From Vicinamibacteria bacterium (GTDB taxonomy: Bacteria > Acidobacteriota > Vicinamibacteria > Marinacidobacterales > Marinacidobacteraceae), in the NCBI GenBank assembly GCA_963668695.2, contig CAXXLQ010000004.1, positions 3,168,001 through 3,232,000 on the forward strand: a stretch of DNA of 64,000 bases, read 5' to 3'. Within the stretch, counting starts at the first letter, position 1. Every line of letters begins with the position of its first letter. Under the pieces are notes generated by a model. That model saw nothing but the letters and a program-made list of their open reading frames with translations, was not told where the DNA came from and made no database searches. Of this stretch, positions 21,589 to 30,813 are shown piece by piece. The translations under genes and the position numbers were made by a program.

Positions 21589-23154
21589 AGGCGCTTCCAC
21601 GATGACGAAGGTCCGCTGCCATTCGCCCGGACTTGCTGCGCGCGCCATCCAGATCGGGAACGTCTCTCCCGCCTCGATGCCGGAGAGCGCTTCCCGGAGA
21701 TCGCCGACGTTCTCGATGGGATGGCCCGCCACGTCGGTGATTACGAAACCGGGTTGAATCCCGGCCCGGTGAGCGATTCCGCCCGGGATCACCCGCCGAA
21801 CCACCACGCCCGGAAAATCAGCGCGCAGCCGGTCGGCCAGCTCGCCTTCGAGGGTGTCTCCGACGATCCCCAACCGTCCGGGGGGGTCCATCGGCTCTGG
21901 AGGGTCAGGCGGAGCCGCCTCGGCGATCGGCGCGGCTTCCTCGAAGTCCCGCTGGCCCAGCATCACCTCCACCGACCGGAGAGCGCCGTCCCTCAGAATC
22001 TCGACGGTCGCGGGTTCGTCGGGACGGGCATCGGCCACCGCGAACTGCAAATCCGTGCTGTTTTCGATGGGCCGGCCGTTGAACCGCACGATGACATCGG
22101 CGTACTTGAGGCCCGCCATCGCGGCCGGCGAATCCTCTCCGGAGTAGTCGGTGATGATCGCCCCCCGGACGCTCTCGTCCAGATCGAACGCCTTCGCGGT
22201 CGCGGCGTCCATGGGCCGAACCGCCACCCCGAGCCAACCTCGGGTCACCTGGCCCTCGGAGGCCAGCTCGTCATACACCCGGCGCACCAGGTTGGAAGGA
22301 ATGGCGAAGCCGAGACCGATATTTCCCCGGGTCCCGGCCACCTGAATCATGGTGTTCACCCCTACCAGGCTGCCGTCCAGGCTGACCAGCGGGCCGCCGG
22401 AGTTCCCCGGATTGATCGCGGCGTCGGTCTGGATGAAGTCCTGGTAGTCGCCACCCAGCACCCGGCCCTTGGCGCTCACGATGCCTGCCGTCACCGAGTG
22501 ACTGTTTCCGAGCGGATTCCCGATGGCGAGCACCCACTCCCCGACCCGGACCTCGTCCGAATTTCCGAGCGCGAGGTGGGGAAACACCTCGCCGTCGGCT
22601 TCGATGCGGATCACCGCCAGGTCGGTCGGCGGATCGCGCCCCACCACCACCGCCTCGAATCTCCGGCCATCGGCCAGCGTCACCTCAATGCGGGAGGCTC
22701 CCTCCACGACGTGGTTGTTGGTGATGACCAGACCGGCCGGATCCACGATGGCGCCGGATCCCCGCGCCTCACGCGGGCCGGGCTGCGGCATCTGCGGCAT
22801 CTGCGGCATCCCGAAGAACCGTTCGAACGTTTCCTCGTCCGGCCCACGCGATTCGTGTTCGACGGTGAGGCTGACCACTGCCGGGGTGGCCACCCGCGCT
22901 ACTTCAACGAAGGCGTCGGCAAGCGTCCACGCCGGTTGGGTCCGGGCGGCATCCGGCATGGAATCGGGCGCGGGTATGTCCGCCGTCCGTTGATGCCCCG
23001 GCCGCTGGCGCACGCGTTCCTGGTCCGCAGCCTCCTGGCCCTGCCGGCCCGTGGCGGACGCCGTCAGGGCGGCGAACTCGGTGTCCTCGGGCAGACACCC
23101 AGGGGCGGCAATCAGCACCCCAAGGGCGAGTGCAACCGGCAGGAATCGGAACAT
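21586..23154 (-). CDS. degP: Do/DegP (HtrA) serine endoprotease with two PDZ domains
   Basis: ITNNHVV, TDLAVI, IQTDAAINPGNSGGPL, RGWLGV; N-terminal signal with possible lipobox. Confidence 0.92.
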   Translation of the reverse strand: MFRFLPVALALGVLIAAPGCLPEDTEFAALTASATGRQGQEAADQERVRQRPGHQRTADIPAPDSMPDAARTQPAWTLADAFVEVARVATPAVVSLTVEHESRGPDEETFERFFGMPQMPQMPQPGPREARGSGAIVDPAGLVITNNHVVEGASRIEVTLADGRRFEAVVVGRDPPTDLAVIRIEADGEVFPHLALGNSDEVRVGEWVLAIGNPLGNSHSVTAGIVSAKGRVLGGDYQDFIQTDAAINPGNSGGPLVSLDGSLVGVNTMIQVAGTRGNIGLGFAIPSNLVRRVYDELASEGQVTRGWLGVAVRPMDAATAKAFDLDESVRGAIITDYSGEDSPAAMAGLKYADVIVRFNGRPIENSTDLQFAVADARPDEPATVEILRDGALRSVEVMLGQRDFEEAAPIAEAAPPDPPEPMDPPGRLGIVGDTLEGELADRLRADFPGVVVRRVIPGGIAHRAGIQPGFVITDVAGHPIENVGDLREALSGIEAGETFPIWMARAASPGEWQRTFVIVEAP

Positions 23155-23397
23155 GGACAGGCGCCTCCTTCGTCGGGACAGGTTGGAAACGAATATAACG
23201 CGCGCCAGTCGATCGGGTTCCTCAGCGGGGCCTGGCTGAAGTCTCGGCGCACCCCTGCGAAGTCACCCGGCGCCCGACCAGCGACGCACCTGGCTGCCCG
23301 GGGAGGGGCCCCGCGTTCCCGTGAGTTGGCCCACCCGAATCACACCGGGACCCGGAGCGGTGGCGGGGGCCGGCGCCTGACGGCTCCCCCGCTCGGC

Positions 23398-23412
23398 TGG
23401 CACAGGCATTGC
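23398..23412 (+). promoter_or_regulatory. Sigma54 (-24/-12) promoter
   Basis: TGGCAC-AGGCA-TTGC matches the TGGCAC-N5-TTGC consensus, about 45 bp upstream of the ATG. Confidence 0.75.
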
Positions 23413-23456
23413 GGAAATCCGATTGGCGCCGCCGGCGCCCTCTGAAGGAGCTCACC

Positions 23457-24218
23457 ATGACCCGTACCCGACACGTCCTGATAACCCTGCTCGCGACGCT
23501 CGCCTTCGCGACCACAGCGGTGGCGGAGGATGACGGGCAGCCTCCCCGCGGGAGCCCGTATCCGGACGCCTCGCAGCGCAGCGTGTCCGAAACCAGTTAT
23601 GCCGTCTCGACGTACGGCGGCTTTCGGGTTCTGGAGGTCACGAGCGAACTCTTTGCCGCCAACGAGTTTGACTTCGGGATCACCGACGACGACTTCCGGA
23701 CCAGCGGCTACGGTTTCGAGTTCGACTTCGCCGTCCTGCCGCGGGTGGACATCTCGATCGGTTTCGACACTGGAGATGCCGAAACGTCCGGTTCCTACCT
23801 CGACCTCGTGTACGAAGACGGCGGAGAGATCGAACACTCGGCGCGGCTGAGCATGACCGAGTTGAGCCTCGGGGTGCGCGTCCGGCTGATCGGCGGTTCG
23901 GCGCGGATCCGTCCCTACCTGGCGGCCGGCGTCACGGGCGCCTACTACCGGTATAACGAGATCGGGGACTTCGTGGACTTCGAAACCGGGGACATCTACT
24001 ACGACGAGTTCGACGAGAAGTCGTTCCTGCCCGGATTCTTTGCCGGCGCCGGAGCCGATGTCGCCGTCGTGCGCCTGCCCGACGGCGGCCGCGTCGAACT
24101 GTTCGGCGAGTTCCGCTTCGCCCGCGCCCAGGGGGAGCACACGGAAGGATTCGATGGCTTCGGCGACCTCAGGCTGGACCGTTCCGGCGGCCTGTTCGGC
24201 TTTCGCGTCCGGTGGTAG
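23457..24218 (+). CDS. Outer-membrane beta-barrel protein, paralog 1
   Basis: Signal peptide, alternating beta-strands, RIRPYLAAG, terminal aromatic (FGFRVRW); SD AAGGAG. Confidence 0.8.
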   Translation: MTRTRHVLITLLATLAFATTAVAEDDGQPPRGSPYPDASQRSVSETSYAVSTYGGFRVLEVTSELFAANEFDFGITDDDFRTSGYGFEFDFAVLPRVDISIGFDTGDAETSGSYLDLVYEDGGEIEHSARLSMTELSLGVRVRLIGGSARIRPYLAAGVTGAYYRYNEIGDFVDFETGDIYYDEFDEKSFLPGFFAGAGADVAVVRLPDGGRVELFGEFRFARAQGEHTEGFDGFGDLRLDRSGGLFGFRVRW

Positions 24219-24420
24219 CAGCCTTTCGGCGGCGGCCTGCCCGGCGACGTAAGGGTGTTTGGTACCACGCGCTTCCGCTGTCGCTAGCCGTGTGGGCGAA
24301 GGGCGGCGCGGCGCCGCCGGGGAGGCAGCGACCGCCCGCCTGCGGCGGGCGGTGCCGGCCAGGGGGGGACGGTGCCGTCCCCGGAGCGGGTTCGGACGAG
24401 GGAGGGTGGGTAAGGATGGG

Positions 24421-24468
24421 AGTTTCGCCCCCTCGGGGGGCGATGCCGGTCTGAAGACCGGCGCTCCA
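24421..24468. repeat. REP-like double palindrome
   Basis: TCGCCCCCTCGGGGGGCGA followed by GCCGGTCTGAAGACCGGC; resembles 6457-6520 and 6575-6607. Confidence 0.45.
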
Positions 24469-24486
24469 TCGCCGCGCTCTTGCCGC

Positions 24487-24501
24487 TGGCACAGGCATTG
24501 C
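24487..24501 (+). promoter_or_regulatory. Sigma54 (-24/-12) promoter, identical to 23398
   Basis: TGGCACAGGCATTGC, about 58 bp upstream of the ATG. Confidence 0.75.
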
Positions 24502-24558
24502 GCAACCGAGGTTGTCGTGTTTGCCGGTGGGACCGGCGCTTCCCCAAGGATCCTGACC

Positions 24559-25332
24559 ATGATTCGTCCCGGCCAACTCCTGCCGACACTGCTTGCGACT
24601 GCCTGTTTCGCTACCTTCGATCCCGGAACCGGGGCCGCCGCCGAGGGCACGGGCCAACCCCCCCGCGGCACCCGGTACCCGGACAGTTCGCAGACCGCGA
24701 CCGCCCGGCCCCGCTATGGGTTTTCCGCGTTTGGCGGGTTCCGCGCCTTGCAGATCAAAAGCCAGCTCTTCGATAGCAACGAGGTGGATTTCGGCATCAC
24801 TGAGGGCGATTTCGGGTCTGGCCGCATTGGATTCGAAGTCGACTTCGCGCTGCTGCCCATGGTGGAAATCATGGTCGGTTTCGACACCGGTGGGTCGGAA
24901 ACCTCCGGCAACTATCTGGACCTGGTGTACGAAGACGGTTCCGAGATCGAACACTCGGCGCGGCTGGAGATGACCGAGTACACGTTCGGAGCACGTGTCC
25001 GGCCGCTTCCGGAAGGCCGGGTAAGTCCGTACCTGGCGGTCGGGGTTTCGCTGGCTTCCTACCGCTACTCCGAAACGGGCGAGTTCGTGGACTTCGAAAC
25101 GGCGGACATTTTCTATGACGAGTTCGAGGAGCGCCAGGCGCTCTTCGGGTTCTTCGCCGGCGCCGGGCTCGACTATGCACTCGTCCGGTTGCCGTACGGG
25201 CGGCGAATCGACCTCTTCGGTGAGTTTCGCTATGCCCGGGGCAAGGGTGAACACGAGGACGGCTTCGACGGCTTCGGCGATCTGACCATAGGACGAACGG
25301 GCGCGCTCTTCGGACTCCGGGTCCGGTTCTAG
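24559..25332 (+). CDS. Outer-membrane beta-barrel protein, paralog 2
   Basis: Colinear with paralog 1 (YLDLVYEDG.EIEHSARL, GFDGFGDL); terminal F. Confidence 0.8.
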   Translation: MIRPGQLLPTLLATACFATFDPGTGAAAEGTGQPPRGTRYPDSSQTATARPRYGFSAFGGFRALQIKSQLFDSNEVDFGITEGDFGSGRIGFEVDFALLPMVEIMVGFDTGGSETSGNYLDLVYEDGSEIEHSARLEMTEYTFGARVRPLPEGRVSPYLAVGVSLASYRYSETGEFVDFETADIFYDEFEERQALFGFFAGAGLDYALVRLPYGRRIDLFGEFRYARGKGEHEDGFDGFGDLTIGRTGALFGLRVRF

Positions 25333-25620
25333 CAGCCTGTGGTGGAACCCGGGTGAGTGCCGAGGACGGCGAGGCGCCCGGCTGACAAGGCGCGTGAGGG
25401 AGGAGCCCCCACCGGGAGAACTGGCCCGGGTGTATTCCGACTGAAACGCAACGACGAGCGGCGCGAAGCGACGCGGTCAGCCGGGATGGATCGCCGGCCG
25501 AGCCCCCACCGGGAGAACTGGGCCGCCTGGGTTTCATCACCGGTTGTTTGGCCGGGATGGATCGCCGGCCGAGCCCCCACCGGGAGAACTGGGCCGCCTG
25601 GGTTTCACTACAGGCTGCTA
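25330..25620 (+). mobile_element. MITE-like element M5
   Basis: TAGCAGCCTGTGGTGGAACCC ... GGGTTTCACTACAGGCTGCTA; left TA is part of the upstream TAG stop. Confidence 0.85.
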
Positions 25621-25689
25621 GCGCCGCGGGACGGCCGGTGCGGGCCGTCTGACGGCACTCAGGTTGACCGGGCCCCACGCCATCGCCGC

Positions 25690-26013
25690 AGGTTTCGCGC
25701 TCCCGCGCGACGCCGGGCCCCACCGGGAGAACTGCCCAGAGGTCGGCGTTCCAAGCCGCCCCCGCGCTCCTTCTCGGGCGGCGTGGGAGCGGTTTCCGCT
25801 GTCGCGCGCGCTCCACGCGGTTCGGCAGTACGCGCCTCGCAGGCAGCGCATAGCTGACCGCGCTAAACAAATGGCGGCGAACCGGAGGTTCGCCGCCTGC
25901 GTGTCCGGGGGGAATGTGTGCAAGGGGGGCTCGCCCCCCTTTCACACGAAGGTAACGACGCATCGGAACTTGCCGCCGCGCGCCGGAGGCGCGCAAGGAA
26001 GTTTCGATGCCCG
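25690..26013 (+). repeat. Structured non-coding leader, copy B
   Basis: Colinear with 6455-6799, with compensatory stem changes. Confidence 0.75.
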
Positions 26014-26220
26014 GCGCGAAGCGCCGGGCGGTTCGGGAGGGGGGGCTCTATCCCCTCCTACTCGACAATCCGGACTGATCCAACGATGTGCCCCCGCTCC
26101 CGGAACGCTCGACCCCTGGGCGCGAAGCGCCGGGCGGTTCGGGAGGGGGGGCTCAGTTCCCTCCCACTCGACAATCCGAACTGATCCAACGATGTGCCCC
26201 CCCTCCCGGAACGCTCGACC
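26014..26220 (+). repeat. Tandem array of two 106-bp stem-loop units
   Basis: GCGCGAAGCGCCGGGCGGTTCGGGA at 26014 and 26120, each closing with CCGGAACGCTCGAC as in the 116-bp array. Confidence 0.9.
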
Positions 26221-27027
26221 TTAGATCAGGACAGCTCCCCGCGCCTCTCGGAGGATCTCAAGCAGGGCCGGGTGCAGCCGACCATTCGAAACGGCGATAT
26301 TCGGGCCGCCATTCGTGAAGGGGCCACCGTCGAAATCCGTGACCTGACCGCCCGCTTCCCGGACAATGACTTCGCCGGCGGCAGTGTCCCACGCCCGGAG
26401 CGTCTCCTCCCAGAACGCATCAAGCCGTCCGGCGGCGACCGAACAAAGGTCCAGCGCGGCCGAGCCGGCTCGGCGTACGGCGCGGGCGCGCCGCATGATC
26501 CGGACAAATAGATCCAGTGCCCGATCCATTGCTTCCCGGGAATACGGGAAGCCGGTCGCGAGCAGAGCGCTTTGCATGTCACTCGTCACGGAGACCCGAA
26601 TGGGGTCGCCGTTCAGGTACGCCCCCGCTTTCGCCTCCGCGGTGAACAGTTCTTCCCGGACCGGGTCGAGAACCGCGCCGGCGACGACTTCCGTCCCTTC
26701 CTCGTAGGCGATGGAAACGGCGAAAACCGGAAATCCGTGGGCGAAGTTGGTCGTTCCGTCGAGCGGATCCACGATGAAACGACAACCGGTCTTCGTCCCC
26801 CCGATCGCGCCGCGCTCCTCGGCCAGGATAGGTACCGACGGCTGAAGGCGCTGCAGGCATTCGACAATCGCGGTTTCCGCCGCTTGGTCGACGACAGTGA
26901 CGAGATCGATCGGCCCCTTGAGGTTCACCCCAAAACCGCCCTCCGGCCGCTCCCGATGCGCCTGGCGGATTACCTCGGCCCCGACTTCGGCCGCTTCGAC
27001 GCAGGCCCGCCCGGCCGCTGTCTTCAC
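26221..27027 (-). CDS. suhB: Inositol monophosphatase family protein
   Basis: DLVTVVD, LAEE, IVDPLDGTTNFAHG, RRAGSAALDL, WDTAAG. Confidence 0.92.
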   Translation of the reverse strand: MKTAAGRACVEAAEVGAEVIRQAHRERPEGGFGVNLKGPIDLVTVVDQAAETAIVECLQRLQPSVPILAEERGAIGGTKTGCRFIVDPLDGTTNFAHGFPVFAVSIAYEEGTEVVAGAVLDPVREELFTAEAKAGAYLNGDPIRVSVTSDMQSALLATGFPYSREAMDRALDLFVRIMRRARAVRRAGSAALDLCSVAAGRLDAFWEETLRAWDTAAGEVIVREAGGQVTDFDGGPFTNGGPNIAVSNGRLHPALLEILREARGAVLI

Positions 27028-27479
27028 GACGCTTTGGGCACGTGTCGCTGGACGAGCACCACCCGGGTACCGCCACGGTCGGTGCGCGTCCAGGTGACGC
27101 CGTCCATGAACTGGCGCATAAAGAAGATGCCGCGTCCGCTGTCCTTGAGCAGGTTGTCTTCACGCAGAGGATCCGGGACTTCCGCCGTGTCGAAGCCCTC
27201 CCCCTCGTCCTCCACCGCTATTTCGACCGCGGGGCCGCCGCCTTTGCCGTCGCGGGTTTCGATCTGAACCGTGAGGCGCTTTTGCGGATCCATCCGGTTC
27301 CCGTGCCGCATTCCGTTCGTGACCGCTTCCCGAACCGCCGCCCCCATCCAGTGCGTGGCATCCGCCTCGTAGCCGCACTGGGCGCAGTGGCGTTCAAAGA
27401 CGCCGAGTACCACCTCAACCCACTCGATTCGGGTTTCGACGTCGAGTCGAACCGTTAGCTGCCGCTCTTCGGGGCTCAC
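27024..27479 (-). CDS. Anti-sigma factor / RsbW-like ATP-binding protein
   Basis: EAVTNGMRHGN, VEDEGEGFD, SGRGIFFM (HATPase_c). Confidence 0.88.
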   Translation of the reverse strand: MSPEERQLTVRLDVETRIEWVEVVLGVFERHCAQCGYEADATHWMGAAVREAVTNGMRHGNRMDPQKRLTVQIETRDGKGGGPAVEIAVEDEGEGFDTAEVPDPLREDNLLKDSGRGIFFMRQFMDGVTWTRTDRGGTRVVLVQRHVPKAS

Positions 27480-29077
27480 GCCGACTCCAGGCTCGGCTCC
27501 GGAACTGCCGAGTCGGCCAGGAACTCGTGAGCGGCACCGGCCTCGGCATCGGATTCACCCCCGACGGTTTCCGGAAGAAGCTCGAACTGCGGCTCCGGCA
27601 GCGCCGGTGCATCTTCGATCGCCACCGGGCCGGCCACCACCGTCCGAATCTCCGCGAGGACAGCGGACCGGCGAAGCGCCGAAGCCACCAACGGAGCGGC
27701 GCGGATCAGGAGTCCGGAAGCGAACTGCGCCGACTTCTTTTGTGCGCGGACCAGCACGTCCTGGCAGACCGCGCCGAGCGACCGGACCCGGCCGGATCCC
27801 TTGCAGGCCGGACAGGCGGCCAACAGGGCGGACTCAAGCGAGGGGCGCTCGCGCTTCCGGGTGATGATGACGAGCCCGGCGCGCGATTCCGGTGGAGCCA
27901 CGCGGGTGAAAGCGGGGTCGCGGCGCAACTCGGCTTGCAGGCTGCGGAAGACGCGATCCCGATTCCGCCCCTCCTTCATATCGATGAAATCGATCACGAT
28001 GATTCCCCCGAGTCCGCGCAACCGGAGCTGTCGCGCGGTCTCCACCGCGGCTTCGAGATTCGTGATCGTGTTCGTTTCGTCGCGCTCCGCGGTGTCTCCG
28101 CTGAAGCTTCCGGTATTGACGTCCACCGCTACCAGCGCTTCCGTCTGATCGATGACGATCGAGCCCCCCGAGGGCAGGCGAACCCGCCGCCGGGCGGCCT
28201 GCTCGAAGGCGGACTCGACTCCATACTCCTCGAAGATCGGATAGTTCCGCGAGTAGAGCCGAACGTTGTGCTCCATCCCCGGGAGGAACTGGCGGATGAA
28301 GTTCACCATCCGTCCGTACAGCGTTTCGTTGTCGACCCGGATCACGCTGAAACCCGAGGAGAGCACATCCCGGATATACCGGAACACCATCGGGACCTCG
28401 GCCCGGAGGCAGGCCGGCGGACCGGAGAGACTCTCCTTCCGGATCTGTACCCAGTCGGCCTCCAGCCGCGTTATGTCGGCAGCGAGGGTCTCTTCGTCGC
28501 GCTGCTCCGCGGTAGGGCGCGCTACCCATTCCCCTTTCAGGGTGGTCAGGCGTTCGACCAGCGCTGCGATACGAAGCTGTTCGCGGGGTCCCGCCGTCGC
28601 CCGCGAGGTGATTACATTCGTGGGGGCGAGGGGCCGAAAATCGAAGAAACGCCCCTGGAGATTGAGATCGCAACTGACCTTGTAGCCCTTCGGCCCCAAG
28701 GGTTCCCGGACCACCTGTACCAACGCGGACTGCCTCGGCCGCAGCAGGTTCTCGAGACGAAAACCGGAACTCCCGGCATCGGCTCCGCTCCCTCCCCCGC
28801 CCTTTCCGGCTTCCGGCACCCGCCCCTCATCCCGCCAGGCGTCGAGCGCACCTTGGGGAATCTGGTCCACCTGCAAGAAGGCGTTGCGGTGCAGCCCAAT
28901 GTCCAGGAAGGCTGCCTGGGTACTCGGCATGACGCGCTGTACCCGGCCGCGGTAAATCCCGTGCAGGACGCTCTGCTCGGAGCGGTGCTCGACACCGAGT
29001 TCCACCACCACCCCATCCTCAAGGAGTGCCATTCGGGTCTCACCCGGAAGACTGGTGACGATCAGTTCTCGATACAC
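27476..29077 (-). CDS. rng: Rne/Rng family ribonuclease
   Basis: S1 domain IYRGRV..AAFLDIG, LPSGGSIVIDQTEALVAVDVNTG, LGGIIVIDFIDM, CPACKG. Confidence 0.9.
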   Translation of the reverse strand: MYRELIVTSLPGETRMALLEDGVVVELGVEHRSEQSVLHGIYRGRVQRVMPSTQAAFLDIGLHRNAFLQVDQIPQGALDAWRDEGRVPEAGKGGGGSGADAGSSGFRLENLLRPRQSALVQVVREPLGPKGYKVSCDLNLQGRFFDFRPLAPTNVITSRATAGPREQLRIAALVERLTTLKGEWVARPTAEQRDEETLAADITRLEADWVQIRKESLSGPPACLRAEVPMVFRYIRDVLSSGFSVIRVDNETLYGRMVNFIRQFLPGMEHNVRLYSRNYPIFEEYGVESAFEQAARRRVRLPSGGSIVIDQTEALVAVDVNTGSFSGDTAERDETNTITNLEAAVETARQLRLRGLGGIIVIDFIDMKEGRNRDRVFRSLQAELRRDPAFTRVAPPESRAGLVIITRKRERPSLESALLAACPACKGSGRVRSLGAVCQDVLVRAQKKSAQFASGLLIRAAPLVASALRRSAVLAEIRTVVAGPVAIEDAPALPEPQFELLPETVGGESDAEAGAAHEFLADSAVPEPSLESA

Positions 29078-29177
29078 AGGACGTCCAAATAAACGCGAAA
29101 AGGGATTCGCCGAAACCGTAGCACGGAAGAGATCGGATCGGTCCGGGAGGCGTCGGTGCGGGAGGCGCCCGAAACGC

Positions 29178-29591
29178 TAGCAGCCTGTGGTGGAACCCAC
29201 GTGAGCGCCGAGGTCGGGGAGGCCCAGTTCTCCCGGTGGGGCCAGTCCTCCCGGTGGGGGCCCGGCTGACAAGGCGCGTGAGGGAGGAATACCTGATGTA
29301 TTTCGACCGAAACGCAACGCAGAACGGAGCGAAGCGGAGTGGTGAACAGCCGGTGGTGGAACCCACGTGAGCGCCGAGGTTGGCCAGTCCTCCCGGTGGG
29401 GGCGAGGCCCAGTTCTCCCGGTGGGGCCAGTCCTCCCGGTGGGGGCCCGGCTGACAAGGCGCGTGAGGGAGGAATACCGGGTGTATTCCGACCGAAACGC
29501 AACGATGAGCGGCGCGGTTCAGCCGGGATGCATCGCCGGCCGAGCCCCCACCGGGAGAACTGGGCCGCGTGGGTTTCGCCACAGGCTACTA
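29178..29591 (+). mobile_element. MITE-like element cluster M6 between rodA and rng
   Basis: TAGCAGCCTGTGG ... CCACAGGCTACTA; right end coincides with the rodA stop. Confidence 0.85.
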
Positions 29592-30746
29592 GGTCAGGAA
29601 GTTCCGGCGCCGGACGGAGGCAGCCAGCCCGATGGCCGCCGCCGCAATCAGCAAGGAGTTGCCTCCGTAGCTCATGAACGGCAATGGGAACCCCTTGATG
29701 GGAACGATCCCCGCGACCATCGCGATGTTATAGAACGCCTGGAGGTGCAGCATCAGAAAGAAACCGCCCACCAGGAGCGCCCCGGTAGGGTCCTTGTTCT
29801 CCGCCGCTTCCACGGCAATCTGAAGCAGACGCAGCCCGAGGATCAGATACAACGCGAGGACGACGACCACCCCCAGGAACCCGAATTCCTCCGCGAGCAC
29901 CGCGAACACGAAGTCGGTATGTGGGGCGGGGAGAAACTGGAGTCCGGTCTGCGAACCCTGCAACCAGCCGGTACCAAAGAGGCCTCCGGAGCCGACCGCA
30001 ATGGAGGCCTGCAGGGTCTGATACCCCGCCCCCAACGGATCGCTCTCCGGATTCAGGAAAGAGAGAACGCGTAGCCGCTGGTAGTCGCGCAGGCCGAAGA
30101 CCCAGATCAGCGGCAACGCCAGGGCGGCCAATCCACTGCCGGCCAGCATCCACTTTCGCGAGATCAACAGGCCGCTGAAGAAACCCATCCCGACCCCGAT
30201 TCCAACGAGGATCGCCGCGCTGCCCAGGTCGGGCTGCGCCGCTACCGCCAGCACGAGGGCACCGGACGCCGCGACCCAGCCGACGGTCGCGCGCCGGCTG
30301 AGCGGCTCATGTCCCGACCGGGCCACCAGATGGGCGAACAGGAGCACCAGCGAGATCTTGGCGAGCTCACCGGGTTGGACGGTCAGCGTTCCGATTTCGA
30401 GCCATCGGCGGGTCCCCGCACGGAGAGCCCCCGAGGTGGTCGCGATGGCGCTGAGAGCCAGGGCCAGCAGGAAAAACCCCGGCGACAGTCGGGCCAGCCG
30501 GCGATGATCCATGTGGTACGCAACGACGCCAACGCCCAGGGCGATCACCAGCCGGATGACGTGCGCCCCGAGATTCGCTCCGGACCCGGCACCCCGCAGC
30601 GCGCTCTCGAGCACCAGCAGCGCGATCAGAACCAAGAGCCCCACGCAGACAAGGAGCACCCAGTCCGCGCCCTCGCGGCTTCTCAGATCCATCGTCGCCA
30701 CTTCCCGGGCCTGTGTTTCCCGGACCCATGCCTGGACGACCCGCAC
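29589..30746 (-). CDS. rodA: Rod shape-determining protein RodA (start may be 30692)
   Basis: RRWL..VQPGELAK, QPDLG, DPLGAGYQ, PHTDFVF, LPFMSYGG. Confidence 0.93.
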   Translation of the reverse strand: MRVVQAWVRETQAREVATMDLRSREGADWVLLVCVGLLVLIALLVLESALRGAGSGANLGAHVIRLVIALGVGVVAYHMDHRRLARLSPGFFLLALALSAIATTSGALRAGTRRWLEIGTLTVQPGELAKISLVLLFAHLVARSGHEPLSRRATVGWVAASGALVLAVAAQPDLGSAAILVGIGVGMGFFSGLLISRKWMLAGSGLAALALPLIWVFGLRDYQRLRVLSFLNPESDPLGAGYQTLQASIAVGSGGLFGTGWLQGSQTGLQFLPAPHTDFVFAVLAEEFGFLGVVVVLALYLILGLRLLQIAVEAAENKDPTGALLVGGFFLMLHLQAFYNIAMVAGIVPIKGFPLPFMSYGGNSLLIAAAAIGLAASVRRRNFLT

Positions 30747-30813
30747 CTGCCGGATCCGGAGCGCCGCTCCACGCCCCCCGGCAACGGGAGCCGGCCGCGC
30801 CTCCTCGCAAGAC

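Noticed and set aside
20620-21757. ORFs with PTGRTG / HRENW / LRFGRNT peptides here and at other repeat clusters
   Set aside because: They are translations of the stop-poor MITE in various frames, not independent genes
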